Made by a program: the position numbers and the translations under genes. Shown here one piece after another: positions 46,614 to 56,111 of a DNA stretch of 62,050 nt. Where the stretch lies: contig JAWLHF010000001.1 in NCBI GenBank assembly GCA_041690515.1, forward strand, positions 1 to 62,050, in the 5' to 3' direction. Numbering within the stretch: position 1 is the stretch's first letter; every line of letters starts with the position of its first letter. Below the pieces are notes generated by a model. It was not told where the DNA came from. It ran no database searches and was given only the letters and a program-made list of their open reading frames with translations. This stretch comes from Clostridiaceae bacterium. GTDB taxonomy: Bacteria; Bacillota; Clostridia; Lutisporales; Lutisporaceae.

Positions 46614-47933
46614 ATGAAGGTAAAGCAGCCTGGTATTTATTATCTGGCGATACTCCTCGCATTGGTGATCTTCCCGGTTATGTACACCTTCAAGCTGTTT
46701 GACAGAGAGATAGCCATAGACAGTATTGAGAGCCAGAAGGAAACCATAGAGCTGAGGTTCCTCAGCAGTTGGGGGGGCACTGATACAAAAGCCCAGCAGC
46801 TTCAATTCCTGTTGGATCAATTTGAAAAGGAAAACGCCGGGGTCAAGATCATAAACGAATCAATGTCCGGGGCTGAGTTCCTATTTAAGCTGAAGACCAA
46901 TTTTGCCCAGGGGAATGATCCGGATGTATTCGGACTCTGGCCGGGGTCGGACATTAAAATACTGATAAATCAGGGAAAGGTTGCCGATCTCACGGAATTG
47001 CTGGAATCAGACAAGGAGTGGGCGGGAAATTTCGGTGATGACGGATGGAGCTATGACAAGTTTGACGGCAGGATATACGGGCTGCCCTGCGAGATCATTT
47101 ATGAGGGCCTGTTTGTCAATAGTGACCTTTTCACAAAGCATAGGATAAAGGTTCCCGAGACTTATGAAGAGCTTAAGAGTGCCGTAGCGGCATTTCGGGA
47201 GAAAGGTATAATTCCCATTGCGTATAACTCCACACCGGAAGGCACCTTTTTATATCAAAATCTCGTAATGAAGCTGGGGGGTAAGGAGGATACAGAGAAT
47301 CCATATAAGACAGGAACCATAAACCAATGCTATATAGATGCAATGAAATATGTGAAGGAGCTGTACGAATTGGGTGCATTCCCCAAAGATGCCTTTACTA
47401 TTGACGATAAGACCAGAGACAATCTTTTCATAGAAAAGAAAGCTGCCATGATAGCACAGGGCTCATGGTTCATAGGCCATGGAGCTTTGAATGCCGATGA
47501 TGAAACAGTTGATATAATACCCTTTCCGGTTTTTAAGGAAGGAAAATCGTATCCCAGCAGCATTATATACGGTCTGGGTAATGGGAACTTCTTTATGAGC
47601 TCAAAGGCCTTTGAAAGCCCTGAAAAGCGGGAGATGTGCATAAAACTTCTCAAGCATTTGACTTCGGTGGAGTCGGCAAAGTTTTTCAGTTATGAGACAG
47701 GCTTCATAAGCAATATAAAGATACCTGCACAGGATATGAAGTCCAGCAGGCTGATGAAAGAAGGACAGAGCCTCATAGCACAATCGGTGGAGATGGTCGG
47801 GCCTACTGACAGCTTCATAGATAGAAACCAATGGGAACAGATACTTGTTACAAGCTTTCCTCAGGTGTTGGAAGGAAGGAAGACACCGGAGGAAGTGTTT
47901 GAAGAGATGGACCGCAGAGGGATGCAGCAGTGA
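46614..47933 (+). CDS. Membrane-anchored solute-binding-protein-like sensor (first component of a three-component sugar-sensing system)
   Basis: An N-terminal TM anchor (GIYYLAILLALVIFPV) instead of a lipobox, a family-1 SBP body, and position directly upstream of the kinase and regulator genes. Confidence 0.7.
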   Translation: MKVKQPGIYYLAILLALVIFPVMYTFKLFDREIAIDSIESQKETIELRFLSSWGGTDTKAQQLQFLLDQFEKENAGVKIINESMSGAEFLFKLKTNFAQGNDPDVFGLWPGSDIKILINQGKVADLTELLESDKEWAGNFGDDGWSYDKFDGRIYGLPCEIIYEGLFVNSDLFTKHRIKVPETYEELKSAVAAFREKGIIPIAYNSTPEGTFLYQNLVMKLGGKEDTENPYKTGTINQCYIDAMKYVKELYELGAFPKDAFTIDDKTRDNLFIEKKAAMIAQGSWFIGHGALNADDETVDIIPFPVFKEGKSYPSSIIYGLGNGNFFMSSKAFESPEKREMCIKLLKHLTSVESAKFFSYETGFISNIKIPAQDMKSSRLMKEGQSLIAQSVEMVGPTDSFIDRNQWEQILVTSFPQVLEGRKTPEEVFEEMDRRGMQQ

Positions 47934-47964
47934 AGTGATTCCTTGAGAAAATGGGAGAGTTGTC

Positions 47965-49794
47965 ATGGAGAGTATAGTGAACAGGTTTTTACTATTTTAT
48001 AAGAATACGTCCATAAAGAACAAACTGCTGCTGTTGTTTTATATACAGATTGTCATACCTCTGTTCTTTATCAGCGTCACATCCTATCAGAAATCTGCAG
48101 AAATAATTGAACAGAAGTCCATCAACTATTCCCAGGACATACTTAAGATGATAGAGCTTCGTTTCAACGACCTGTCAAGCAGCATGCAGGTACTTACCCT
48201 TGAGCTGCTGTACGACAGCAGAGTATATGATGCGCTGCGCAGCAGAGAGTACGAAGACAATATCGCTATGTACAGGAGAGCCAATGAAATAAGAAACATA
48301 CTGAGACAGGCGACCTTGTCAAGAAGTGAGATACAATCCATCTGTCTGGTGACTAAGAACAGGAGGTTCTTCAGCTTCGACTCTGATAACGGAAAGACGA
48401 GAATAGATATAATGCTCCCTTATGACAGTGCGGTTGAAGCCGCAAGAAAAGGGAAGGGGAAGCTGGTTTGGTTCCTTGAAAAGAGGGATGGAAAGGTAAG
48501 CAGCATATATGTAACCCGAATGGTGTATGACAGGGATACTTATGATGAAATTGGACTTATGGCGATAAATATTAAGAAAGAGTACCTTGAATCGGTATAT
48601 ACTGATCTGTCTAAGGAATCAGTTAATAACATATCCATTCTTTCAGAGAACAATGAGGAAATCATTAAGGAGTCTGACAACAACGGTATATTGAAGAATT
48701 TCTACCGGCAGCAGATAAAAGGCAATAGGGGCTTCTATATTGACAATAAGGCTAAGATACTGGTATCTTATGTGATGCTTAAAGATCCGGCCTGGAAAAT
48801 AGTCTATCATATACCGCTGAAAGAACTGTACCGGGAAATGGACACCCTGAAAAAATGGGTACTGCTTATTCTTGCATACGGACTTATCATACTATCCGTG
48901 CTGAGTGTGCTTACTTCGGTAGATATCATCACTCCCATAAACAGACTGGTGGAAGGGATGAAAAAGGTTGAGAAGGGCAACAAACATGAGGACATAGAAC
49001 TTGACAGAAATGATGAGCTTGGATACCTGAGTGAGCGTTTCAACAGGATGTCCAGGAAGATAGATTATCTTGTAAACCGCATATATAAGGAAGAAATCGC
49101 TCTTAAGGAGGCTGAGATAAAGGCACTGCAGGCACAGATCAATCCCCATTTTTTGTTCAACACCCTTGAGAACATCAATTGGATGGCACAGTTGAATGGT
49201 GTGCCTGAGATAAGCAATACGGTATCTGCTCTTGCCAAGCTTATGGATGGAAGTATAGGCAGAGGAGACAGGACAATATCCCTAAGGGAAGAACTGGAGT
49301 ACATAGACAACTACATGGTCATATTGAAGAGTAGATACGAGAACAGGCTTGAAGTAGTTAAAGACCTGGATGAGGAGCTTATGGATATAAGAATACCAAG
49401 GCTCATGATACAGCCATTAGTGGAAAACGCCGTGAAGCACGGAATAGAAAAAAGCCGACGTAAGGGAGTCATCAGTCTTAATGCATACAGGAAGAACGGT
49501 CATGTTGTATTTGAGGTGGCTGACAATGGAACCGGCATGACTGAGGAAGACCTGGATTTCCTTAATGCAAGGCTTCAAGAGGATACACCGATAATGGAAG
49601 GAAACCGCTCTGACCAAGGGAGAAAGAGTATAGGCCTTGAAAATGTCAACAGAAGGATTAAATTGCTGTATGGGGACTCATACGGCATTGAGATAGAAAG
49701 CAGCTATGATGAGTACACCAAGGTAATTGTAAGGATACCTGACGAACAGGGATCAGAAGGAGATAATAGCGATGTTCAAGGTGCTGATAGTTGA
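47965..49794 (+). CDS. YesM-like sensor histidine kinase (two TM segments, HAMP, His_kinase/LytS-type, HATPase_c)
   Basis: INPHFLFNTLENINW, ENAVKHG and DNGTGM. Confidence 0.85.
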   Translation: MESIVNRFLLFYKNTSIKNKLLLLFYIQIVIPLFFISVTSYQKSAEIIEQKSINYSQDILKMIELRFNDLSSSMQVLTLELLYDSRVYDALRSREYEDNIAMYRRANEIRNILRQATLSRSEIQSICLVTKNRRFFSFDSDNGKTRIDIMLPYDSAVEAARKGKGKLVWFLEKRDGKVSSIYVTRMVYDRDTYDEIGLMAINIKKEYLESVYTDLSKESVNNISILSENNEEIIKESDNNGILKNFYRQQIKGNRGFYIDNKAKILVSYVMLKDPAWKIVYHIPLKELYREMDTLKKWVLLILAYGLIILSVLSVLTSVDIITPINRLVEGMKKVEKGNKHEDIELDRNDELGYLSERFNRMSRKIDYLVNRIYKEEIALKEAEIKALQAQINPHFLFNTLENINWMAQLNGVPEISNTVSALAKLMDGSIGRGDRTISLREELEYIDNYMVILKSRYENRLEVVKDLDEELMDIRIPRLMIQPLVENAVKHGIEKSRRKGVISLNAYRKNGHVVFEVADNGTGMTEEDLDFLNARLQEDTPIMEGNRSDQGRKSIGLENVNRRIKLLYGDSYGIEIESSYDEYTKVIVRIPDEQGSEGDNSDVQGADS

Positions 49795-51382
49795 TGATGA
49801 ATCCATCATAAGAAAAGGGCTGAAGAACATAATAGATTGGAGAAGTCTGGGTTGCGAAGTATGCGGGGAGGCAAGGGATGGTATAGAAGGCATACGCATG
49901 ATCAGGGAGCTTAGACCTGATATAATTATTACTGATATTAACATGCCGGAAATTGACGGTTTGAGTATGATAAACGAGACCAAGCAGCTGCTGCCCGGGA
50001 GTAAAATCATAATACTGACCGGTTACAGGGATTTTGAGTATATTCAGGAAGCAATAAGGCTTGGGGCATTTGATTATGTATTGAAGCCTTCAAAGATTGA
50101 AGACCTCACTGCCATAGTGAAAAAAGCAATTTTAGAGCTTCAGCGGGGCTGTAAGCTTGAGGAAGAGCTGCTAAGCCTTAGAAAGCATTTTGAAAGCAAG
50201 ATACCGGTACTTAGACAAAAGCTGCTGTATGATGTAATGTTCAGGATAAATACCAAAAGGGAAGAGATATTGGAGGAGCTCAGCCTATATGACATTTCCG
50301 TTGAGGATTTTATAATAATGGCAGTGGAGACTGACGAAGACAGCCAGGAGAATGTGAAAAGCCAGTACGAAAGGCATCTGTACCAGTTCGGAATAATCAA
50401 CACCTTTGAGGAGATGCTGGGTGCGGACTTCAGAGTGGCGGATGTGCCTATAAACAGCAAGACGGTGCTGTTCATAATACAAACAACAGAGAAGAATCAG
50501 GAGGAGATGTTCGGACATATTTACAGAGATGCAGTCAGCCTTCAGGAGCTTGTCAGGAACTGTTTCAGCTTCACAGTAACAATATCCATAAGCACAAGGG
50601 GAAAAGGGGCCTTTGAGCTTGCGGACAAAGCCAGGGAAGCTCTTGAGGCTCTGGATTACAAGTTCTATATGGGAAAGAACACCATAATACTCTATGATGA
50701 TCTGAAATCCTTCTACAAATCTACGGATTTTTCAAGTCTGGAGAACTATGAAAGGATACTTGTCCAGAAGGTCAAGTCAGGTAATGGGGAGAGCGTATCC
50801 CTGGTTCTCAGGGATATGATGAAATGTGTGAATGATTGTAAGCTGGACAAGGACAGCATAAGGAAGTTCTATTGGAATGCAATAAATATGATATATACTT
50901 TACCGACTGCTATGAAGCTTGAGGACGGCGGCAGCGAAACCAGGGGAATAACTGAGATATTGGGTATGCTTGAACAGTGTGAAAGCCTGATGGATCTTAA
51001 CGGTCTTCTGGAAGAAATAGCATTGGATATCGCAAAGAGGATAAACAACTATAACAGAAGAACAATAAATTCTACCCTTCAGAAGGCTTTGGACTATATC
51101 AGCAGCAAATACAGTGAGCCCATAACCCTCAATGAGGTTGCAGAGCATACCTATGTGAGCATATACTACCTGAGCAGGATGTTCACCAAGGAGCTGGGAA
51201 AAAACTATGTGGATTATCTCAATGAGATAAGGATAGAAAAGGCCAAGGAATACCTCAGGGATTCCTGCTATAAGACCTATGAAATAGCAGAACTGGTGGG
51301 CATTAAGGATGCGCACTACTTCTCCAAGCTGTTTAAGAAGTACACAGGAGTCACCCCTTCTGAGTATAAATCCAGCTGCTGA
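49772..51382 (+). CDS. YesN-like response regulator (REC plus AraC-type HTH)
   Basis: FKVLIVDDESIIRKGL, DINMPEIDG, and the C-terminal AraC HTH (YLSRMFTKELGKNYVDYLNEIRIEKAKEYL). It overlaps the kinase gene by 23 nt. Confidence 0.85.
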   Translation: MFKVLIVDDESIIRKGLKNIIDWRSLGCEVCGEARDGIEGIRMIRELRPDIIITDINMPEIDGLSMINETKQLLPGSKIIILTGYRDFEYIQEAIRLGAFDYVLKPSKIEDLTAIVKKAILELQRGCKLEEELLSLRKHFESKIPVLRQKLLYDVMFRINTKREEILEELSLYDISVEDFIIMAVETDEDSQENVKSQYERHLYQFGIINTFEEMLGADFRVADVPINSKTVLFIIQTTEKNQEEMFGHIYRDAVSLQELVRNCFSFTVTISISTRGKGAFELADKAREALEALDYKFYMGKNTIILYDDLKSFYKSTDFSSLENYERILVQKVKSGNGESVSLVLRDMMKCVNDCKLDKDSIRKFYWNAINMIYTLPTAMKLEDGGSETRGITEILGMLEQCESLMDLNGLLEEIALDIAKRINNYNRRTINSTLQKALDYISSKYSEPITLNEVAEHTYVSIYYLSRMFTKELGKNYVDYLNEIRIEKAKEYLRDSCYKTYEIAELVGIKDAHYFSKLFKKYTGVTPSEYKSSC

Positions 51383-51462
51383 ATTAAAGGTCTTGCAGAA
51401 TTTGATGAGAATAATGAAACAGTATTTACAATAGAGCAGCCATGTCATAGCACAGTATGAAT

Positions 51463-51616
51463 ATACAATCCTTGATGGTACTAAGGAACTCCGCCTAAGA
51501 AAAACCTAACGCTTTCAAATCGTCATCCTTGACTCATGAAAGCTCGCTCGGCGTCCATGCCTCGCGTACGGTTGTTTCTAAGGCTGCGTTCCTAAGTACC
51601 ATTGGCAAGTCTTGTA
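51463..51616. repeat. Long imperfect palindromic element between the regulator gene and the transporter operon
   Basis: The ~44-nt arm ATACAATCCTTGATGGTACTAAGGAACTCCGCCTAAGAAAAACC pairs with GGTTGTTTCTAAGGCTGCGTTCCTAAGTACCATTGGCAAGTCTTGTAT. The central part contains GCTTTCA..TGAAAGC. Confidence 0.75.
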
Positions 51617-51911
51617 TAAATCATCCTTTTCCTATGACATGGCTGCTCCAGTTTATAGGCATCTGGCATATACCTCTTGGAACTTTATTGTCAATAACAT
51701 GGCTGTTTGTTTGCCGCTGCACTATCATGTGTCTCCTATTCCTGAAAAGGAGTTTTTTTATTTTTTGAGGTGTAAAATGTTGCACTAAACAAATGAACAA
51801 CATAGTGGTACAAAAACGCAAGATGCTCCATTTAATAAAAAACCCTCGGAGTATATCATGGGGGTAGAAAGACACAGGTGGATCATGTCTGTATAAGAAG
51901 GGGGTGTACCT

Positions 51912-52880
51912 ATGGCTGAGGTGCAGAGGTCCTTGGGCACCGAAGGAGTGACGGTGAAAAGGCAAAAGCCTGCTCTGCTGAAGGAGTTTGCAAAGAACAA
52001 GGTGTTATTCTTTATGCTTCTTCCCGGCCTTCTGGTGCTGCTGGCCAACAACTACCTGCCTATGTTCGGCATCATAATAGCCTTCAAGGACTACAACTAC
52101 TCAAAAGGCTTCTGGAAAAGCGACTGGGTGGGTTTTGAAAACTTCAAATACCTGTTTAATTCAAAAGCCGCTTATCAAATCACAAGAAATACTATCCTAT
52201 ATAATCTGGCATTTATAATCATCGCCGCCACTATTGCAGTAGCACTGGCAATTATTTTTAATGAGCTTCTGAATAGAAGGATGTCAAAGCTGTACCAAAG
52301 TGTAATGTTTCTGCCCTACTTTTTTTCCTGGGTAGTTATAAGCTATCTGGTATTTGCACTTTTAAGCTCGGATATGGGTTTTGTCAACAAACAGCTGGTC
52401 AACTTGGGTATGGAGCCGGTTGAATGGTATGTGGATCCAAGGTTCTGGCCATTGATCATAATACTTGTAAACACATGGAAATGGACCGGGTATGACAGCA
52501 TCATCTATCTTGCTGCAATCGTCGGCTTTGACAAATCCCTGTATGAAGCGGCAGCTGTAGATGGGGCATCAAGGTTCCAACAGATCACAAAGGTGATGGT
52601 TCCGATGCTTATGCCGGTTATAACAATACTTACACTTATTAAAGTAGGAAGAGTATTCTTTACTGATTTCGGACTGTTTTTCAATATTCCAAGGAACAGC
52701 GGCCCGCTTTTCGATGTGACCAATGTTATAGAAACCTATGTATTCAGGGCGCTGAGGCAGACAGGAGATATCGGCATGGCATCGGCAGCCGGTTTTTATC
52801 AGGCGATAGTCGGCTTCATAGTAGTGCTGACAGCCAACTATATTGTACGAAGGATCGACAAAGACAGTTCATTGTTTTAG
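51912..52880 (+). CDS. Sugar ABC transporter permease (LplB/YtcP-like)
   Basis: Six TM segments, the EAA loop YEAAAVDGASRFQQITKVMVP, and the RBS AAGGGGGTG. Confidence 0.85.
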   Translation: MAEVQRSLGTEGVTVKRQKPALLKEFAKNKVLFFMLLPGLLVLLANNYLPMFGIIIAFKDYNYSKGFWKSDWVGFENFKYLFNSKAAYQITRNTILYNLAFIIIAATIAVALAIIFNELLNRRMSKLYQSVMFLPYFFSWVVISYLVFALLSSDMGFVNKQLVNLGMEPVEWYVDPRFWPLIIILVNTWKWTGYDSIIYLAAIVGFDKSLYEAAAVDGASRFQQITKVMVPMLMPVITILTLIKVGRVFFTDFGLFFNIPRNSGPLFDVTNVIETYVFRALRQTGDIGMASAAGFYQAIVGFIVVLTANYIVRRIDKDSSLF

Positions 52881-52892
52881 GGAGGTGCTGAG

Positions 52893-53789
52893 ATGAGAGA
52901 TTGTACAAAAATAAGCAGAAAAGCTGACTTTGCGCTGAATATAATTATGATTCTATGCACCCTTGCATGTGTGATTCCGCTCATAATTGTTTTTTCAGCC
53001 TCAATAACTGATGAGAAGGCAGTGACTCTATACGGCTATAGCCTGATACCCAGGGATTTCAGTCTTGAAGCTTATAAGTACATTTTCAAGAATATCATGG
53101 TTGTATTGAGGGCTTATGGGGTGACACTTCTTGTAACCGTTACAGGCAGCAGCTTAAGTCTGATAATAATCTCCCTGTATGCATATCCCATATCCAGAAA
53201 GGATTTTAAATACAGAAGCGTATTCACCTTCATAGTATTTTTGACCATGCTGTTTAACGGGGGACTTGTTCCCTGGTATATGGTATATGTCAATGTCCTG
53301 CATATAAACGATACCATAATGGCATTGATATTGCCCTATCTTATGACTCCTCTGTATGTGCTCATAATGAGGACCTTCTTTATGACAACAATACCCGAAG
53401 GAATCATAGAAGCTGCAAGAATCGACGGTGCCGGGGAATTCCAGACCTTTGTAAGGATAGTACTGCCGCTGGCAAAGCCTGTTTTGGCGACTATCGGACT
53501 CTTTAATGTCCTCACATATTGGAACGACTGGTATGCACCGCTGCTTTTCATTAACAATGAGAAGCTTTTCAATCTTCAATACCTTATGTACAGGGTAGAC
53601 AAAGCCATTTTATATCTTTCAAACAATGCCGGTTCAATCAATAATGCTACCCAGATCATGGCGAACCTGCCCTCACAGACTGCAAGAATGGCTATGGCGG
53701 TTATCGGAATAGGACCTATCATCCTGTCTTATCCATTCTTCCAAAAGTACTTTGTTGAAGGCCTGACCATTGGATCTCTGAAAGGATGA
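52893..53789 (+). CDS. Sugar ABC transporter permease (LplC-like)
   Basis: EAA loop IEAARIDGAGEFQTFVRIVLP. Confidence 0.85.
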   Translation: MRDCTKISRKADFALNIIMILCTLACVIPLIIVFSASITDEKAVTLYGYSLIPRDFSLEAYKYIFKNIMVVLRAYGVTLLVTVTGSSLSLIIISLYAYPISRKDFKYRSVFTFIVFLTMLFNGGLVPWYMVYVNVLHINDTIMALILPYLMTPLYVLIMRTFFMTTIPEGIIEAARIDGAGEFQTFVRIVLPLAKPVLATIGLFNVLTYWNDWYAPLLFINNEKLFNLQYLMYRVDKAILYLSNNAGSINNATQIMANLPSQTARMAMAVIGIGPIILSYPFFQKYFVEGLTIGSLKG

Positions 53790-53845
53790 ATAATGGCTGT
53801 AACCGTAAAGGTAAGCATATAAAAATCAGAAAAGGGGAGAAGAGT

Positions 53846-55375
53846 ATGTCGAGAACCAGAAAACTTCTATGTCTTGTACTGGCACTTGTTATCACAATGA
53901 CCGGTGCAGCAGGCTGCACAAAGCCCGTGACAGCACCTGAACCTGCTGCTGATCCTGCAGCGGCGCCTGCAGATGCAGCTCCGTCATTGGAGCCTGTAGA
54001 ACTGACCTGGTACTTTATCGGTAACGGTCAGCAGGAGGATGTGGCACTTATAGAGGAAGAGGCAAACAAATATCTGAAGGACAAGATCAATGCCACTATA
54101 AAGCTGCAGTGCTATCAGTGGGGAGCAGAATATGATGACAAACTGCAGCAGATGATTGCTTCGAGACAAGAGTTTGACATTTGCTTTACAGCTGCATGGG
54201 CAAACAACTATATGCAAAATGCAGTAAAGGGTGCCTTTGTACCTTTAAATGACGAAAGAGATCTCTTAAACAAATATGCACCAAAGACAAAAGCATTGCT
54301 GGGAGAGGATTTCCTTGCAGGCTCACAGATTGACGGTATAAACTATGGTATTCCCGCCAATAAGGAAAAGGCACACTCCTGGGGCTTTATAATCAAAAAG
54401 GACCTGGTTGACAAGTACAACTTTGATATATCAGCAATAAAGAAGCTTGAAGACCTGGAACCGATGCTGAAAGTAATCAAGGAGAAGGAACCAAATGTAT
54501 ACGGCCTTGAAGCCCTTGACGGTGAGTCTCCGATAAAACTCCTAGACTGGGATGTTGTCGGTGATGACAAGTGTCCTGGGGTAGTCTACAACGAAACAAA
54601 AGACTATAAGGTGTTTAATGAGTTTGAAGCACCTGAGACTATGGAGCTTTTGAAGACAGTCAGGAAATTCTATCAGGCAGGCTATATAAGGAAGGATGCA
54701 GCCTCAGTTACAGACTACAATGCCGACGAGGCAGCAGGGAAGATATTTGCCGCAACAAAATCCCTTAAGCCCGGAAAAGATGCAGAAATGTCACTTACAC
54801 ATGGTTTTGAGTGGGTTCAGGTATATATAACACCTCCTGTGATTTCAAGCAGAGATACAATGGGATCTTTGCAGGCTATATCCAGCACTTCAAAGAATCC
54901 TGAAAGAGCGTTGATGTTCCTGGAGCTCTTCAATACAGACCCGTACCTCAATAACCTGATCAACTTCGGTGTGGAAGGCAAACATTATGAGAAGGTAAGC
55001 TCCGATATTATAAAGGCCGGTCCTGATCAGACAAAATACAACCCCGGTACAGGCTGGATGTTTGGAAACCAGTTCATCAACTATCTCTATGAGAGTGAAG
55101 ATCCGAAGAAGTGGGAGCAGTTTGAAGAATTCAACAGTCAAGCTATCGGTACAAAGACCCTTGGTTTTAACTTTGACCCAAGTCCTGTCAAAAATGAAAT
55201 AGCAGCAATAAACAACCTTTGGGACAAATATGTGCCGGCACTTGAAACAGGCTCGATAGATCCTGAGGTCAATCTGCCCAAGTTCAACCAGGAGCTGAAG
55301 GCGGCAGGGATAGACAAGGTAATAGCAGAAAAGCAAAGGCAGCTGGATGAATGGGTTGCCAAAATGGGTAATTAG
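53846..55375 (+). CDS. Large extracellular solute-binding lipoprotein (LplA-like, ~510 aa)
   Basis: MSRTRKLLCLVLALVITMTGAAGC lipobox and an Ala/Pro-rich linker. The start at 53846 follows AAAGGGGAG. Confidence 0.8.
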   Translation: MSRTRKLLCLVLALVITMTGAAGCTKPVTAPEPAADPAAAPADAAPSLEPVELTWYFIGNGQQEDVALIEEEANKYLKDKINATIKLQCYQWGAEYDDKLQQMIASRQEFDICFTAAWANNYMQNAVKGAFVPLNDERDLLNKYAPKTKALLGEDFLAGSQIDGINYGIPANKEKAHSWGFIIKKDLVDKYNFDISAIKKLEDLEPMLKVIKEKEPNVYGLEALDGESPIKLLDWDVVGDDKCPGVVYNETKDYKVFNEFEAPETMELLKTVRKFYQAGYIRKDAASVTDYNADEAAGKIFAATKSLKPGKDAEMSLTHGFEWVQVYITPPVISSRDTMGSLQAISSTSKNPERALMFLELFNTDPYLNNLINFGVEGKHYEKVSSDIIKAGPDQTKYNPGTGWMFGNQFINYLYESEDPKKWEQFEEFNSQAIGTKTLGFNFDPSPVKNEIAAINNLWDKYVPALETGSIDPEVNLPKFNQELKAAGIDKVIAEKQRQLDEWVAKMGN

Positions 55376-55468
55376 AATATGAACTTAAGGCTAATATTCT
55401 TAGGAATGTTAGCCTTAAGTATAAGAATAAAGTAAAAGCAAGTAATGAAGGAATGAAGGAGTATCTTT

Positions 55469-56077
55469 ATGAAAGGGTTATTCAGTGCAGATGGTGTTGT
55501 CTATAAGCTAATGACTGTCATATATAGGCTCATAGTATTGAATCTGCTGTGGTTCCTGGCGGGTATGCCTCTTATAACCCTTGGAGCATCCACTACAGCC
55601 CTGTATTATGTCATAGGCAGGATTGTCAGAAAAGAAGAAGTACACGAGTTTAGGGATTTTTTCAGGAGCTTCAGGGATAATTTCAGGCAGGCTACTATTA
55701 TATGGATAATACTATGCGGGGCATATTTTATTATATTTACAAACCTGAGCTTTCTTGAACGCTATAAGTCAATGGGAGGGCTGATGCTGGCAGTGCAGCT
55801 TCCAATGCTGGTGCTGGTGGTAATCATAACGGTTTTTGCCTTTCCTTTACTTTCAAGATATGAATCAAGCGTCATGGGGATTATAAAGGCCTCATGGATA
55901 CTGGGCATAAAACACATATTTTCCTGCTTTATCAGCTTGGCAATCATTGCTGCTGCAATAATTATGACCAGAATATTGCCTGCGCTGCTTTTGCTGGTCT
56001 TCAGCAGCGTTACAGCATCGGCTGTTTATTTAGTATTAAATAAAGTTATGGAAAAATACCATCCCGGGGTTGTGTGA
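55469..56077 (+). CDS. DUF624/YesL-like membrane protein
   Basis: About 200 aa. The N-terminal sequence YKLMTVIYRLIVLNLLWFLAGMPLITLGASTTALYYV is typical of YesL-like proteins in sugar loci. Confidence 0.7.
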   Translation: MKGLFSADGVVYKLMTVIYRLIVLNLLWFLAGMPLITLGASTTALYYVIGRIVRKEEVHEFRDFFRSFRDNFRQATIIWIILCGAYFIIFTNLSFLERYKSMGGLMLAVQLPMLVLVVIITVFAFPLLSRYESSVMGIIKASWILGIKHIFSCFISLAIIAAAIIMTRILPALLLLVFSSVTASAVYLVLNKVMEKYHPGVV

Positions 56078-56111
56078 CGATCCCCGGTTTATCATATGAA
56101 GGAGAATCATT

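Noticed and set aside
51529-51965. ORFs 51529..51768 (+) and 51621..51965 (-) in the regulator-transporter gap.
   Set aside because: They run through the palindromic repeat, lack an RBS and have odd composition. They were treated as non-coding.
53786-53845. The upstream start for the large SBP (MNNGCNRKGKHIKIRKGEK...).
   Set aside because: It overlaps the end of the permease gene and has no RBS. ATG 53846 follows AAAGGGGAG and yields a canonical lipoprotein signal with an AAGC lipobox.
55383-55420. The hairpin after the SBP gene as an operon terminator.
   Set aside because: A 12-bp stem is present but there is no T-tract, and the DUF624 and GH94 genes follow in the same orientation. It is more likely an mRNA-stabilising or processing structure, so it was not listed as a terminator.
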